Positions 27,782 through 36,679 of a DNA stretch of 64,000 bases are shown in pieces. This DNA comes from Candidatus Latescibacterota bacterium (lineage in GTDB: Bacteria; Latescibacterota; UBA2968; UBA8231), in the NCBI GenBank assembly GCA_965217585.1, contig OZ244561.1:4800001-4864000 (forward strand), read 5' to 3'. Position numbers and translations under genes: made by a program. Every line of letters begins with the position of its first letter. Within the stretch, counting starts at the first letter, position 1. The notes under the pieces are model-generated. The model ran no database searches, was not told the origin of the DNA, and worked only from the letters and a program-made list of their open reading frames with translations.

Positions 27782-28785
27782 GCAAGGCCGACAAAGAGAT
27801 CCTGCTGGACATTCGCGACTTGGAGGTCCACTTCGAGACCCGGCGCGGCATCGCCCGCGCCGTCAACAAGGTCGATCTAACTCTGTACAAAGGCGAGCGT
27901 TTTGGCCTAGTCGGCGAGTCTGGCAGCGGCAAGACCACGTTGATTTTGGCGCTGTTGCGGATGATTAAGACACCGGGCCTCATCGCCGGTGGTAGCGCGA
28001 CCTTAGACGACGGTACCGATCTGACCCGACTCGACCGCGAGCAAGTGCGGCAGGCCCGGCTCAAGCGGGTCGCGATGGTGCCGCAGGGCGCGATGAACTC
28101 GCTCAATCCGGTGATGCGGATCGGGGAGCAACTGATGCTGACGATGCGCGAGCACGCGACTGATTTGCCCCCGGTGCCCAAGGCCGAGCAGTTGGAGCGC
28201 GTGATCGAGCTGTTGGCCAAGGTCGGGCTGAAGCCGGAAGTGGCCCGCCTCTACCCTCACGAATTGAGCGGCGGCATGAAGCAGCGGGCCTGCATTGCCC
28301 AAGCCATCTCGCTCAATCCACAGCTCATCTTGGCCGACGAGCCGACCTCCGCCCTCGACGTGGTGGTGCAGCGGCAAATCATGCAGACTTTGCGCCAGCT
28401 ACAGCACCAGCTCAATGCCACCGTGCTCTTGGTGGGCCACGACATGGGCCTGATGGCGCAGTTTGCCGAGCGCGTGGGCATCATGTACGGCGGCAAATTG
28501 GTCGAGGTGGGCCGGGTCGAGGATATTTTTCACAATCCGCAACACCCCTATACCCAGCTTTTGATTGCCAGCATTCCCTCTTTTGAGGTCAAGGGCGAGT
28601 TCAAGGGCATTCCCGGGGTCGCGCTGTCGTTGTTGGACCCGCCGTCGGGCTGTCTCTTCCACCCGCGCTGCCCCCAGGCCATGGCCCAGTGCAGCCAGCG
28701 CACACCCACCCTGCAAACGGTCGCCCCGGACCACTTAGCGTCGTGTTTGTTGCACGAGGAGGTCGCAGATGCCCCCGCTTCTTGA
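27778..28785 (+). CDS. ABC transporter ATP-binding protein (DppD/OppD family)
   Basis: GESGSGKT, YPHELSGGMKQR, oligo_HPY tail. Confidence 0.95.
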   Translation: MSKADKEILLDIRDLEVHFETRRGIARAVNKVDLTLYKGERFGLVGESGSGKTTLILALLRMIKTPGLIAGGSATLDDGTDLTRLDREQVRQARLKRVAMVPQGAMNSLNPVMRIGEQLMLTMREHATDLPPVPKAEQLERVIELLAKVGLKPEVARLYPHELSGGMKQRACIAQAISLNPQLILADEPTSALDVVVQRQIMQTLRQLQHQLNATVLLVGHDMGLMAQFAERVGIMYGGKLVEVGRVEDIFHNPQHPYTQLLIASIPSFEVKGEFKGIPGVALSLLDPPSGCLFHPRCPQAMAQCSQRTPTLQTVAPDHLASCLLHEEVADAPAS

Positions 28786-29824
28786 GGCGCGCCACCTGCG
28801 CAAGGTCTTTCGCAGCGGCGGCCAGCGCTTCGGCGCGAGCACTGAGACCATAGCCGTCAGCGACTTTTCCCTGTCGATTGACGCGGATAGACCCTCCTTT
28901 ACCACGATTGCCGGCGAGTCGGGCAGTGGCAAGACCACGATCGCCCGCATGTTGCTCGGGGTACTCACCCCCAGCGCCGGCGAGGTGCTCTACCAAGGCC
29001 GCAATGTACACGACCTGCAAAAGGAGGAGCGGCAGCAATTCCGCAAAGACGTACAGGCGATCTTTCAAGATCCCTTTGAAGTGTACAATCCCTTCTACAA
29101 GATCGATCACATCCTGACGACGCCGGTGCGGAAGTTCGGGTTGGCCGCGTCTAAGGCCGATGCCTACGACAAGATACGCGAGGCTCTGCGCACGGTCGGG
29201 TTGCGGCCCGAGGAAACGTTGGGTCGCTATCCCCATCAGCTTTCGGGCGGGCAGCGCCAGCGCATCACCATTGCGCGCGCGCTGTTGCTCAAGCCCAAGC
29301 TGATCATCGCCGACGAGCCGGTGTCCATGGTGGACGCCTCGCTCCGCGCGACCATTCTCTCCACCCTGCACGCGCTGTATCGAGACTTCGGCATTTCCTT
29401 CATCTACATCACCCACGATCTGACGACCGCGTACCAAGTCAGCGAGAACATCGTCATCCTGTTCCACGGGGCCGTGGCCGAGGCTGGCCACACCGAGAAG
29501 GTGATCAAGGACCCGCAGCACCCCTATACGCGCGAGCTAATTCACTCGATTCCAGTGCCCGAGCCGGGGCGCGAGTGGATCGACGAAGCGGTAGAAGAAA
29601 AGGAAGTGGTTGATATAGAGGCTATAGAGGCCGAAGAGGCGGCTGCCGGCTGCCGCTACGTGCTGCGCTGCCCCCAAGCCATGGCCCAGTGTGCGGTCGC
29701 GCCGCCGTTTTACCGGCCGGAGGCCGAGCGGGCGGTGGCTTGTTTTCTGCACGCTGAGTCGCCGGTGTTGGAAAGCGGCGATCTAAACGAAGTGTTCTCG
29801 GCTGCAGCCGCCGCGCAAAAATAA
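28769..29824 (+). CDS. ABC transporter ATP-binding protein (DppF/OppF family)
   Basis: GESGSGKT, YPHQLSGGQRQR, HPYT. Confidence 0.95.
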   Translation: MPPLLEARHLRKVFRSGGQRFGASTETIAVSDFSLSIDADRPSFTTIAGESGSGKTTIARMLLGVLTPSAGEVLYQGRNVHDLQKEERQQFRKDVQAIFQDPFEVYNPFYKIDHILTTPVRKFGLAASKADAYDKIREALRTVGLRPEETLGRYPHQLSGGQRQRITIARALLLKPKLIIADEPVSMVDASLRATILSTLHALYRDFGISFIYITHDLTTAYQVSENIVILFHGAVAEAGHTEKVIKDPQHPYTRELIHSIPVPEPGREWIDEAVEEKEVVDIEAIEAEEAAAGCRYVLRCPQAMAQCAVAPPFYRPEAERAVACFLHAESPVLESGDLNEVFSAAAAAQK

Positions 29825-29841
29825 TTTTCCGGAGGAATATC

Positions 29842-31572
29842 ATGCAGGGCCTGTTGTTGTGCTTGGTGGGTGTGTTGTTGGTCGGCTGTGGGGACGGAGG
29901 GCACAAGAACGTGCCACGGGGCCGGACCTTGATCATGGATTGTTCCAGCTTGCAGGACTGTAGCGGGCAGATCAAGGACTACAACTCGTTTAACCCGTTT
30001 TTGCTGACCGGCGTCTCCAAGACGGGTTGGAACTTCCAGTACGAGCCGCTGTATTTCTATAACGCCTACAGCCAGCAAGCCGATAACGTCATCCCTTGGA
30101 TTGCCACCGGGCACGAGTACAACGAAGACTACTCCGAGGTCACCATCCACATTCGCGAGGGGGTCGAGTGGAGCGATGGACAGCCGTGGACCGCGGCCGA
30201 CTTGGTCTTTACGATCAACATGCTCAAGGACAACGCGCCGCATCTGTCTTTTTCCACCGACATGCAGGTTTGGGTAAAGAGCGCGGTGGCCACCGACGCC
30301 CACACAGCCAAAATCGCGCTCACCAAGCCCAATCCGCGCTTTGTCTTCAGCTACTTCACCAACAACTTCGACAACGGTATCCCCATTGTACCCAAGCACA
30401 TTTGGGAAGGCCAAGATCCGCAGACATTCAACAACTTCGACCAAGAGAAAGGCTGGCCCGTGGCCAGCGGCCCGTACGAGATCTTCATTTCCGTGCCTGC
30501 GCAGCGGGTGTGGGATTTGCGCCCGGGCTGGTGGGCACAGAAGACGGGCTTTCGCCAGCCGCCGGCGGTGGAGCGCATCATCTACCTGACGCACATGGAG
30601 GAGACCAAGCGGGTGCAGAACTTGATCTCCAACGATATGGACACCTGCCTCGACATCCGGCCGCCGAACATGCAGTCGATCCTCGACGCCAATCCCAACG
30701 TCTCTACTTGGACCGGACGCGACCTACCGCTCGGGTATCTCGACTGGTGGCCGGTATGCTTGGGGTTCAACAACTTGGAGCCGCCGTTTGACGACCCGGA
30801 GATCCGCCGCGCTATCAACTACGCTATCGACCGCGACCAATTAGTGGCCATTGGCTGGCAGGGGGCCGGGACCAAATCGCATCTGCCGCTGCCGGACTTC
30901 CCGCCCATCCGCCAATACACCGATACGATTCAAGACTTGGTGGAAAAGTACGAGATCGGCGTCCACGACCCGGTCAAGGCCGCGGCGATTATGCAGCGCA
31001 AGGGGTGGAGCAAGGACGCCGAGGGCTTCTGGACCAAAGAGGGCGAGCGGCTCAAGATCGTCATCGACATTTTCGATATTTTTACGGACTTAGCGCCGGT
31101 CTTGGTGGCGCAGTTGGAGCGGGCGGGTTTCGACGCCGACTTCCGCATGACGCCCGATGCGTTTTCGCGGATGGCACAGGGCACGGCGCGGGCCTTCTTG
31201 ATGGGCAACGGCGCGAGCGTGCGCGATCCGTACTTCACCTTGCGGCTCTACCACAGCCGCTTCGTCCAACCCACCGGCACGCACTCCGAGCGGTTCTGGC
31301 GCTGGTCGAACCCGGAGTTTGACGCGCTGGTCGATCAGATGGGGCAGACTGCGCCCGACGACCCGGCGCTGAAAACGCTCTTTCGCGAGGCCATGGAAAT
31401 CTGGCTGGCCGAGCTGCCCTCCATCCCCATTGTACAGTGGTATCACCGCATCCCGCACAACCAGACCTACTGGAAAAACTGGCCGGCGGCGGAAAATCCC
31501 TATATCAACAGCGCCTACTGGCACAATACTTGGCTTTTGGTGTTGCTCGGGCTGGAGCCGGTGGAGGGGTAG
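29842..31572 (+). CDS. Family 5 solute-binding lipoprotein
   Basis: LVGC lipobox; REGVEWSDGQPWTAADLVFT; RRAINYAIDR. Confidence 0.93.
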   Translation: MQGLLLCLVGVLLVGCGDGGHKNVPRGRTLIMDCSSLQDCSGQIKDYNSFNPFLLTGVSKTGWNFQYEPLYFYNAYSQQADNVIPWIATGHEYNEDYSEVTIHIREGVEWSDGQPWTAADLVFTINMLKDNAPHLSFSTDMQVWVKSAVATDAHTAKIALTKPNPRFVFSYFTNNFDNGIPIVPKHIWEGQDPQTFNNFDQEKGWPVASGPYEIFISVPAQRVWDLRPGWWAQKTGFRQPPAVERIIYLTHMEETKRVQNLISNDMDTCLDIRPPNMQSILDANPNVSTWTGRDLPLGYLDWWPVCLGFNNLEPPFDDPEIRRAINYAIDRDQLVAIGWQGAGTKSHLPLPDFPPIRQYTDTIQDLVEKYEIGVHDPVKAAAIMQRKGWSKDAEGFWTKEGERLKIVIDIFDIFTDLAPVLVAQLERAGFDADFRMTPDAFSRMAQGTARAFLMGNGASVRDPYFTLRLYHSRFVQPTGTHSERFWRWSNPEFDALVDQMGQTAPDDPALKTLFREAMEIWLAELPSIPIVQWYHRIPHNQTYWKNWPAAENPYINSAYWHNTWLLVLLGLEPVEG

Positions 31573-31684
31573 GGTGTGTGGGGTTTGTGTCTCTTTTCTC
31601 GTATATTCCCTTTGTCGTGGGCCTAGCTTGAAGGTCATGCAGAAGAGCTCCTTCCAATCACGAGCAGTTTGAGGGCAAGAAACC

Positions 31685-32227
31685 ATGCGACAGCGTCAGA
31701 GCTACAAAAACCCGCCTATAGAGACGGATGAGCGAGATCTTTTCGATATACGGCCAAGCGAAGAAAAGGATGGCTTAGAGGCGGCAGCGGCTCAAAAAGC
31801 TCTTGTCGAAGATCGAGAGCGAGAACGACTCGCAAATAGGCTGTGGACGGCCTTTGCAGCCGATCCTCTCGAGGACGGAATGTCCCATCCAGCCGAGGAG
31901 ATCATTGGAGAAGCATTGCGATCCACGGAGGACAACCCCGTCCTCGATTGGTTTCGGACTTTTTCCTTGGACGCTGAGCGACCGAGTTTTGCGGCATCAG
32001 TTCTGCGTTGCTTGGGGCGTCAAACACCTCCGGGGACGGATTCATGGCGTACCGAACTCGTGAGAGACGGATTGGCTGTGGACGATGTAGAGATTAGAGA
32101 TGCCGCGGTGCAGGCGGCGGAATCTTGGGGTGATCGAAGCTTGGCGGATGTTATGAAAGCACATAGCGAAGCCGAGCCGTGGCTGCGAGAGTACATTGAG
32201 GATGTCATCAGCGATTTAAGAGAATAG
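31685..32227 (+). CDS. Hypothetical helical (HEAT-like) protein
   Basis: 180-aa ORF; DVEIRDAAVQA; 3 bp from the next gene. Confidence 0.6.
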   Translation: MRQRQSYKNPPIETDERDLFDIRPSEEKDGLEAAAAQKALVEDRERERLANRLWTAFAADPLEDGMSHPAEEIIGEALRSTEDNPVLDWFRTFSLDAERPSFAASVLRCLGRQTPPGTDSWRTELVRDGLAVDDVEIRDAAVQAAESWGDRSLADVMKAHSEAEPWLREYIEDVISDLRE

Positions 32228-32230
32228 CCT

Positions 32231-32767
32231 GTGTTCCTAGCCCGTAAAATCTCGCTCGCGAAGTGGTCGAAAAAAGGCGAGTTGGCGGAGGGCGAGATTC
32301 CGGCAGATGCCGTGACCGCGGACCTGCGAACGCAAGACAACAAGCTTTTATTCTGGAGATGCGGCGACGGGGAGGGAATAGAAGTCAACGAGGCCGTACT
32401 GGCACTAGCCGCCGCGGGAACTAGCGTCGATAAAATTGATGTTGTTTGGTTGGCTGCCGATGAACTACGCTCCGACGGTCAAACTTTGCAAGATACCAAG
32501 GGACGAACCCCTGTCCTTGAGTTGGCCGAATTACACGTTGATGTGTGCCGATTGGATTACATGCGCCTCGGAAAGGTCGCTCAACACATTTTTACCGCAA
32601 TCCAAAAGGATCAGTACCTTCGGCTTGGGAAAGCGCGTGTCAAGCAACTCTTGGCGGAGGCGGTCAAACAAGAGCGTATTAACCCTAACGATCTCCAGAA
32701 GCGCGTTCGTGAGGAGCCAGGGCAATCGCATCAAAAGTGCCCAGCGGACAATACTTTAGCCAAATAG
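32231..32767 (+). CDS. Hypothetical protein whose last codons are replaced by ISAs1 sequence (original end REELGL* at 33979..33999)
   Basis: Removing the IS and one TSD restores CGT GAG GAG CTT GGT CTG TGA. Confidence 0.7.
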   Translation: MFLARKISLAKWSKKGELAEGEIPADAVTADLRTQDNKLLFWRCGDGEGIEVNEAVLALAAAGTSVDKIDVVWLAADELRSDGQTLQDTKGRTPVLELAELHVDVCRLDYMRLGKVAQHIFTAIQKDQYLRLGKARVKQLLAEAVKQERINPNDLQKRVREEPGQSHQKCPADNTLAK

Positions 32768-33978
32768 GTGTTATCCCATCCGGCCTTGAGCCGTTTGGTC
32801 TGGACGCCGACCTTGGCCGTCTTCTCTTGCTGGAGCAGACTCACGGCAATCTGTCGCAGGAGGGCCATATTTTCCGGGGCATGGCCGGTGCGTACCCGTG
32901 AGTCATCTTCACGGAAGACCACATCCAGTATCCAGTGCAAGGAATTTTCAATGCTCCAATGACTACGCACCGCTTCACCAAACCGCTGGGCATCGTTGTC
33001 CAGGCTGGAGATATAGTAGCGTCGTTCCACGGAGACTTGATCGCCTACCTGTCGCTGGGCTTCAACCATACCGAACAAGCCTAAGCCCTTCCAAGCGGTC
33101 CCATCGGCAAAAGCGTCGACCTGATCGGTGGTCCAGTACCGGCGGGTCTCAATGCGGCCGTGGTTTTCATCGTAGGTCTCAAACATGTCGACCGATAGAT
33201 CCTGATGCAGTTGAGGCTCCCCTCGGTCGAAGACCTGACGCAGATGATGCAACAGCTTGGGCTGATTAGCCTTGACGGCCAGTACGTAGTCGCCTTGCCG
33301 GTCGATGACCTGTTCGGCCACGCTTTTGTGGCAGCCGATGGCATCGACGGTGACGATGCAGCCTTTGAGCGCCAGCACACGCAGCAGTTCGGGAATGAGG
33401 GTGATCTCGTCCAGACCGCCTTCACAGTGGAACTGGCCTAACACCAGTCGGTTTTTCACCGCCCAGGCATTGACCATATGTACGGCTGCTTTACCCGAGG
33501 TTCGGTCATAAGAGTGGCGCAACGTTTTGCCATCAATAGGCACAATCTCTTCCTCAAGCTTGGGGAGGAGGGATTGGACCCAAGCACTGAAACAGTCCTG
33601 GAAATGCTCGGGCGAGATCCGGGCGAAGACGCGGCCGAAGGTGTCATGGGAAGGAATGCCATTGGGCAACGCCAGAAAGGTTTTTAGCCAGTCGTATTTG
33701 GATCGCCCAAACTCAGCGATATGCACCCAGTTGTCGGCCCCGCAGATCGCGCCACACACGGCAATGACCACAATATCGATGAGACGATGCCTTTGGCTGC
33801 GCTCGATACGGGGATCGGGTACCTGGGAAAAATGTTCAATCAGTGAATCAGCCGAAGGTGCCATGGGGAAACGTTCCAAGAGAAGGGGAGAGAAGCAGCG
33901 CACCAGCGCTATCGAAAAAGACACAGAAAATATAACATAACCCTATGACAAATCTCAATTTTTGGTGCGATTGCCCTG
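32718..33978 (-). mobile_element. ISAs1-family insertion sequence, complete
   Basis: TIRs CAGGGCAATCGCA(T/C)CAAAA; 10-bp TSD CGTGAGGAGC at 32708..32717 and 33979..33988. Confidence 0.96.
32731..33864 (-). CDS. ISAs1 family transposase
   Basis: DPR, GIPSHDTF, IDGKTLR, TVDA, VKANQ, HGRIE.R, HWSIENSLHW. Confidence 0.96.
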   Translation of the reverse strand: MAPSADSLIEHFSQVPDPRIERSQRHRLIDIVVIAVCGAICGADNWVHIAEFGRSKYDWLKTFLALPNGIPSHDTFGRVFARISPEHFQDCFSAWVQSLLPKLEEEIVPIDGKTLRHSYDRTSGKAAVHMVNAWAVKNRLVLGQFHCEGGLDEITLIPELLRVLALKGCIVTVDAIGCHKSVAEQVIDRQGDYVLAVKANQPKLLHHLRQVFDRGEPQLHQDLSVDMFETYDENHGRIETRRYWTTDQVDAFADGTAWKGLGLFGMVEAQRQVGDQVSVERRYYISSLDNDAQRFGEAVRSHWSIENSLHWILDVVFREDDSRVRTGHAPENMALLRQIAVSLLQQEKTAKVGVQTKRLKAGWDNTYLAKVLSAGHF

Positions 33979-34064
33979 CGTGAGGAGCTTGGTCTGTGAG
34001 ACGGAGAAGCCAAGTCAAGATAGAGGAAATAGCGGTAGTGGTTCAGTTTGAAATCTTATAGTCT

Positions 34065-34092
34065 TTGACGCAACGCACACAAAGTATAAAAT
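34065..34092 (+). promoter_or_regulatory. Putative sigma70 promoter inside the TIR element
   Basis: TTGACG-16 bp-TAAAAT. Confidence 0.5.
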
Positions 34093-34208
34093 TAAACGCA
34101 GTAGCACTTCATAGCCCCGCTGGCTTCCTCACGGAGAAAGCGGGGCGTCCCCTCTGCCCTTTAGCGTTAGCCGACGCTAAAGGGCGTAACCACGGGAGAC
34201 CAATTCCT

Positions 34209-34565
34209 ATGGCTACTTCCAATATTACCATTTCTCCCCAGCTTCAACAAACTCCTCGCCCTGACATTGGCGATCTTGTCGTTTGCCGAATAATTTCGCC
34301 CAAGGAGCACAGTTATTGGGTTGTTAAAGAGGTGTCGATGGTTGACAGTGTCGGTACGATCACGCATGTGTGCGCGGTTGGTTCTCCCCATGTGCAAAGC
34401 AAGATGTCCGAATTCGCCGAATATAAAACACCTCTCGATCAAGCGCTTATGAAGGGATTTGTCCACGCCCATCATGTTCAGCGCGACCACGCTGGAAGGA
34501 TTGATAAGGTGTTACCTGCCAACTGTGACATAAACCAATTCTTCGATATTTTCGAGTGTCGATAG
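34209..34565 (+). CDS. Hypothetical passenger protein
   Basis: ATG with GGGAG RBS; 118 aa; no recognised motif. Confidence 0.55.
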   Translation: MATSNITISPQLQQTPRPDIGDLVVCRIISPKEHSYWVVKEVSMVDSVGTITHVCAVGSPHVQSKMSEFAEYKTPLDQALMKGFVHAHHVQRDHAGRIDKVLPANCDINQFFDIFECR

Positions 34566-34672
34566 CCCGACAATGACTCCAGATGACTTCGACGAATACA
34601 CTGATAGAGAAATCATCATAACGGTCAATAGCCTGTTGCAGGCGAATCGCCTCTTTACAGAAAGGAAGCACA

Positions 34673-35197
34673 ATGATAATCATCCTTATTGCACTTATGC
34701 TATTGCTATGTGTTCCGATGGAAAGTTGGACCAAGCACAAACCAATGGATAAACACCTAATTATTTATATTTTTCAGCAAATGTTTAAAGAAGTTGGCGG
34801 ACCCGAAACAGTACATATCGTACTTAGCGCGATTCAAGAATCAAAAACAGACGACGATCTTGAAATAGTGCTAAAGGCCGCCAAAATAGACCCCAAAAAA
34901 GCAATGAGAGCATTTACAGGGTCATCCATTGTCCTTCAAATGGTCAATGGTGGAATACCAACAGACCAAGCAATAGCAATCACAAAACAAACTCTACCAG
35001 AGGAATTAGAAAAAGATTATTCTGCTGCTTCTGTCCTTGTACTAGCCTTTAAAAACAAAGGGGAACCCATAGACTCAACTAAGGTAGCCAAGACATTGCG
35101 ACAGGCCGAACTATTACTACATACAGGACTCGATTCTAAAGTATCATTTAAAGAAAATGGCCTCGACTTAAATGTATTATTACATAAAGAGGACTAG
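34673..35197 (+). CDS. Hypothetical passenger protein with hydrophobic N-terminus
   Basis: 174-aa AT-rich ORF, AGGA RBS. Confidence 0.6.
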   Translation: MIIILIALMLLLCVPMESWTKHKPMDKHLIIYIFQQMFKEVGGPETVHIVLSAIQESKTDDDLEIVLKAAKIDPKKAMRAFTGSSIVLQMVNGGIPTDQAIAITKQTLPEELEKDYSAASVLVLAFKNKGEPIDSTKVAKTLRQAELLLHTGLDSKVSFKENGLDLNVLLHKED

Positions 35198-35249
35198 AAC
35201 TAATATCCAATGGAAATATTTTTCAAACTGAACCACTACCAAATAGCCA

Positions 35250-35522
35250 ATGGAGATTCATACTTACCGGAGCGTCTGGGATGCCATTGCGGATAGCCCC
35301 GAAGAAGCGGCCAATCTCAAGTTCCGCTCTCAGCTAATGGATGCCATAAAGGCATACATTGATCACGAAAATATCACTCAGAAAGAGGCCGCCAAACGGC
35401 TTGGTGTGCCGCAATCGCGTGTGAGTGAACTCGTCAATGGCCGAATCAGCAAATTCACCATCGACAAGCTAGTGAACATGGCCGCACGGGTTGGGCTGAC
35501 TACTCGGATTACTGTCAGATAG
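35250..35522 (+). CDS. XRE-family HTH (HigA-like antitoxin), no cognate toxin
   Basis: SVWDAI..A.NLK.RS.LM, TQKEAAKRLGVPQSRVSEL..G.I.KF.ID.L. Confidence 0.88.
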   Translation: MEIHTYRSVWDAIADSPEEAANLKFRSQLMDAIKAYIDHENITQKEAAKRLGVPQSRVSELVNGRISKFTIDKLVNMAARVGLTTRITVR

Positions 35523-35534
35523 GAGATCAACCCC

Positions 35535-35756
35535 ATGTACCAGATAACCGCTCGCGTACCCGATGACCTAGCCAAAGCACTAGACGAGGCCGCTGCGGAG
35601 CTCAAACGGAGCCGCGCCGCCATCATTCGCCAAGCATTGGAGCGATACCTAGAGGATCTCGACGACCTCAGCGTAGCTTTGGAGCGGCTGCGCGATCCTG
35701 CCGACCCGGTGCTGGATTGGGATCAGGTCCGGCATGAACTACTCAATTCGGATTAA
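35535..35756 (+). CDS. RHH/CopG antitoxin (RelB-like)
   Basis: ITARVPDDLAKALD..A..L.RSR..IIRQALERYLEDLDDL; ends DWDQVRHEL. Confidence 0.85.
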   Translation: MYQITARVPDDLAKALDEAAAELKRSRAAIIRQALERYLEDLDDLSVALERLRDPADPVLDWDQVRHELLNSD

Positions 35757-35775
35757 GCGCCACGCCGCCACAAGG
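35734..35775 (+). pseudogene. N-terminal stub of a RelE/ParE toxin
   Basis: MNYSIRIKRHA overlapping the antitoxin end, then runs directly into the RBS of the next gene. Confidence 0.6.
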
Positions 35776-35784
35776 AGAAACACC

Positions 35785-36654
35785 ATGCGCTATCGGAGAT
35801 TTGGGCGCACGGAATTGCAGGTGAGCGCAGTCAGCTTGGGTGGGGCCTACTTGGGGGGCAAGGAGGATCCGGAGCGCGCCGAGGAAAACGCTCGGGCGAT
35901 TGTGCGGTGCGCGTTGGATTTGGGCTGCAATTACATCGATACAGCACCACTCTACGGGGCGAGCGAAGAACTGCTGGGCAAGGCCCTAGCGGGGGAGCGC
36001 CGCCCTTTTTATTTGGCGACCAAGGTAGGGTTTAAGCCGGAAGACTTTGACTACCGGCGCGATTCGGTCTTGCAGAGCTTGGAGCGCAGTCTGGCATTGT
36101 TGGGACTAACTAAGCTGACGGTAGCGCAGATCCACGAGGTGAACATAGCGGGCTGGGAGCGGATCGTGGAAAAGGGCGGGACTTTGGAGGGCTTGCGCGC
36201 CGCGCAAAAACAGGGGTTGTGCGATTTTATCGGCGTGACGGGCCGGGCCATCCCCTTGTTGGCGCGGCTGGCGGCGACTGGCGAATTCGACGCGGTGCTG
36301 TGCTACCACGACTACCATCCCTGTGTGCAGTTAGCGGCGGAGGCCGTCTTGCCGGCCGCCGCGCAAAGCGATATGGGCGTGGTGCTAGCGACGGTGTTGG
36401 CTGGGGGTATGTACGTCGCTGGCAAGGACCAGCGCGCGGCGGTGGAGCGTCGGTTTGAACGCGAGGAAGAGCGGCAGCGGGCATGGGCGATTATCGAGCA
36501 GCTAACGCAACAGGATGCGACGCTACCGCAGAGCGCGTTTCGCTGGGTCTTGGCCGACGAGCGGGTCTCGACCGCGTCCAGTGGCGCGGCGAGCGTGGCG
36601 GAGCTAGAGGAAGTGGCGCAGGCCGGGGATATGACGCCGCTGGAGCGCTGGTAG
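35785..36654 (+). CDS. Aldo/keto reductase
   Basis: MRYRRFGRT, IDTAPLYG, LATKVG, QIH; AAGGAG RBS. Confidence 0.92.
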   Translation: MRYRRFGRTELQVSAVSLGGAYLGGKEDPERAEENARAIVRCALDLGCNYIDTAPLYGASEELLGKALAGERRPFYLATKVGFKPEDFDYRRDSVLQSLERSLALLGLTKLTVAQIHEVNIAGWERIVEKGGTLEGLRAAQKQGLCDFIGVTGRAIPLLARLAATGEFDAVLCYHDYHPCVQLAAEAVLPAAAQSDMGVVLATVLAGGMYVAGKDQRAAVERRFEREEERQRAWAIIEQLTQQDATLPQSAFRWVLADERVSTASSGAASVAELEEVAQAGDMTPLERW

Positions 36655-36679
36655 GGGCGACCGGCCGGGTCGCCCCTAC
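36651..36679. repeat. GTAG-type REP-like palindrome between convergent genes
   Basis: GTAGGGGCGACC-GGCCG-GGTCGCCCCTAC, perfect 12-bp stem. Confidence 0.75.

Larger units (their letters stand above)
34034..35240. mobile_element. Non-autonomous TIR element carrying two passenger ORFs
   Basis: Perfect 20-bp TIRs GGTAGTGGTTCAGTTTGAAA (34034..34053, 35221..35240); direct repeat AAATAGC at 34027..34033 and 35241..35247; AT-rich interior; no transposase. Confidence 0.88.
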
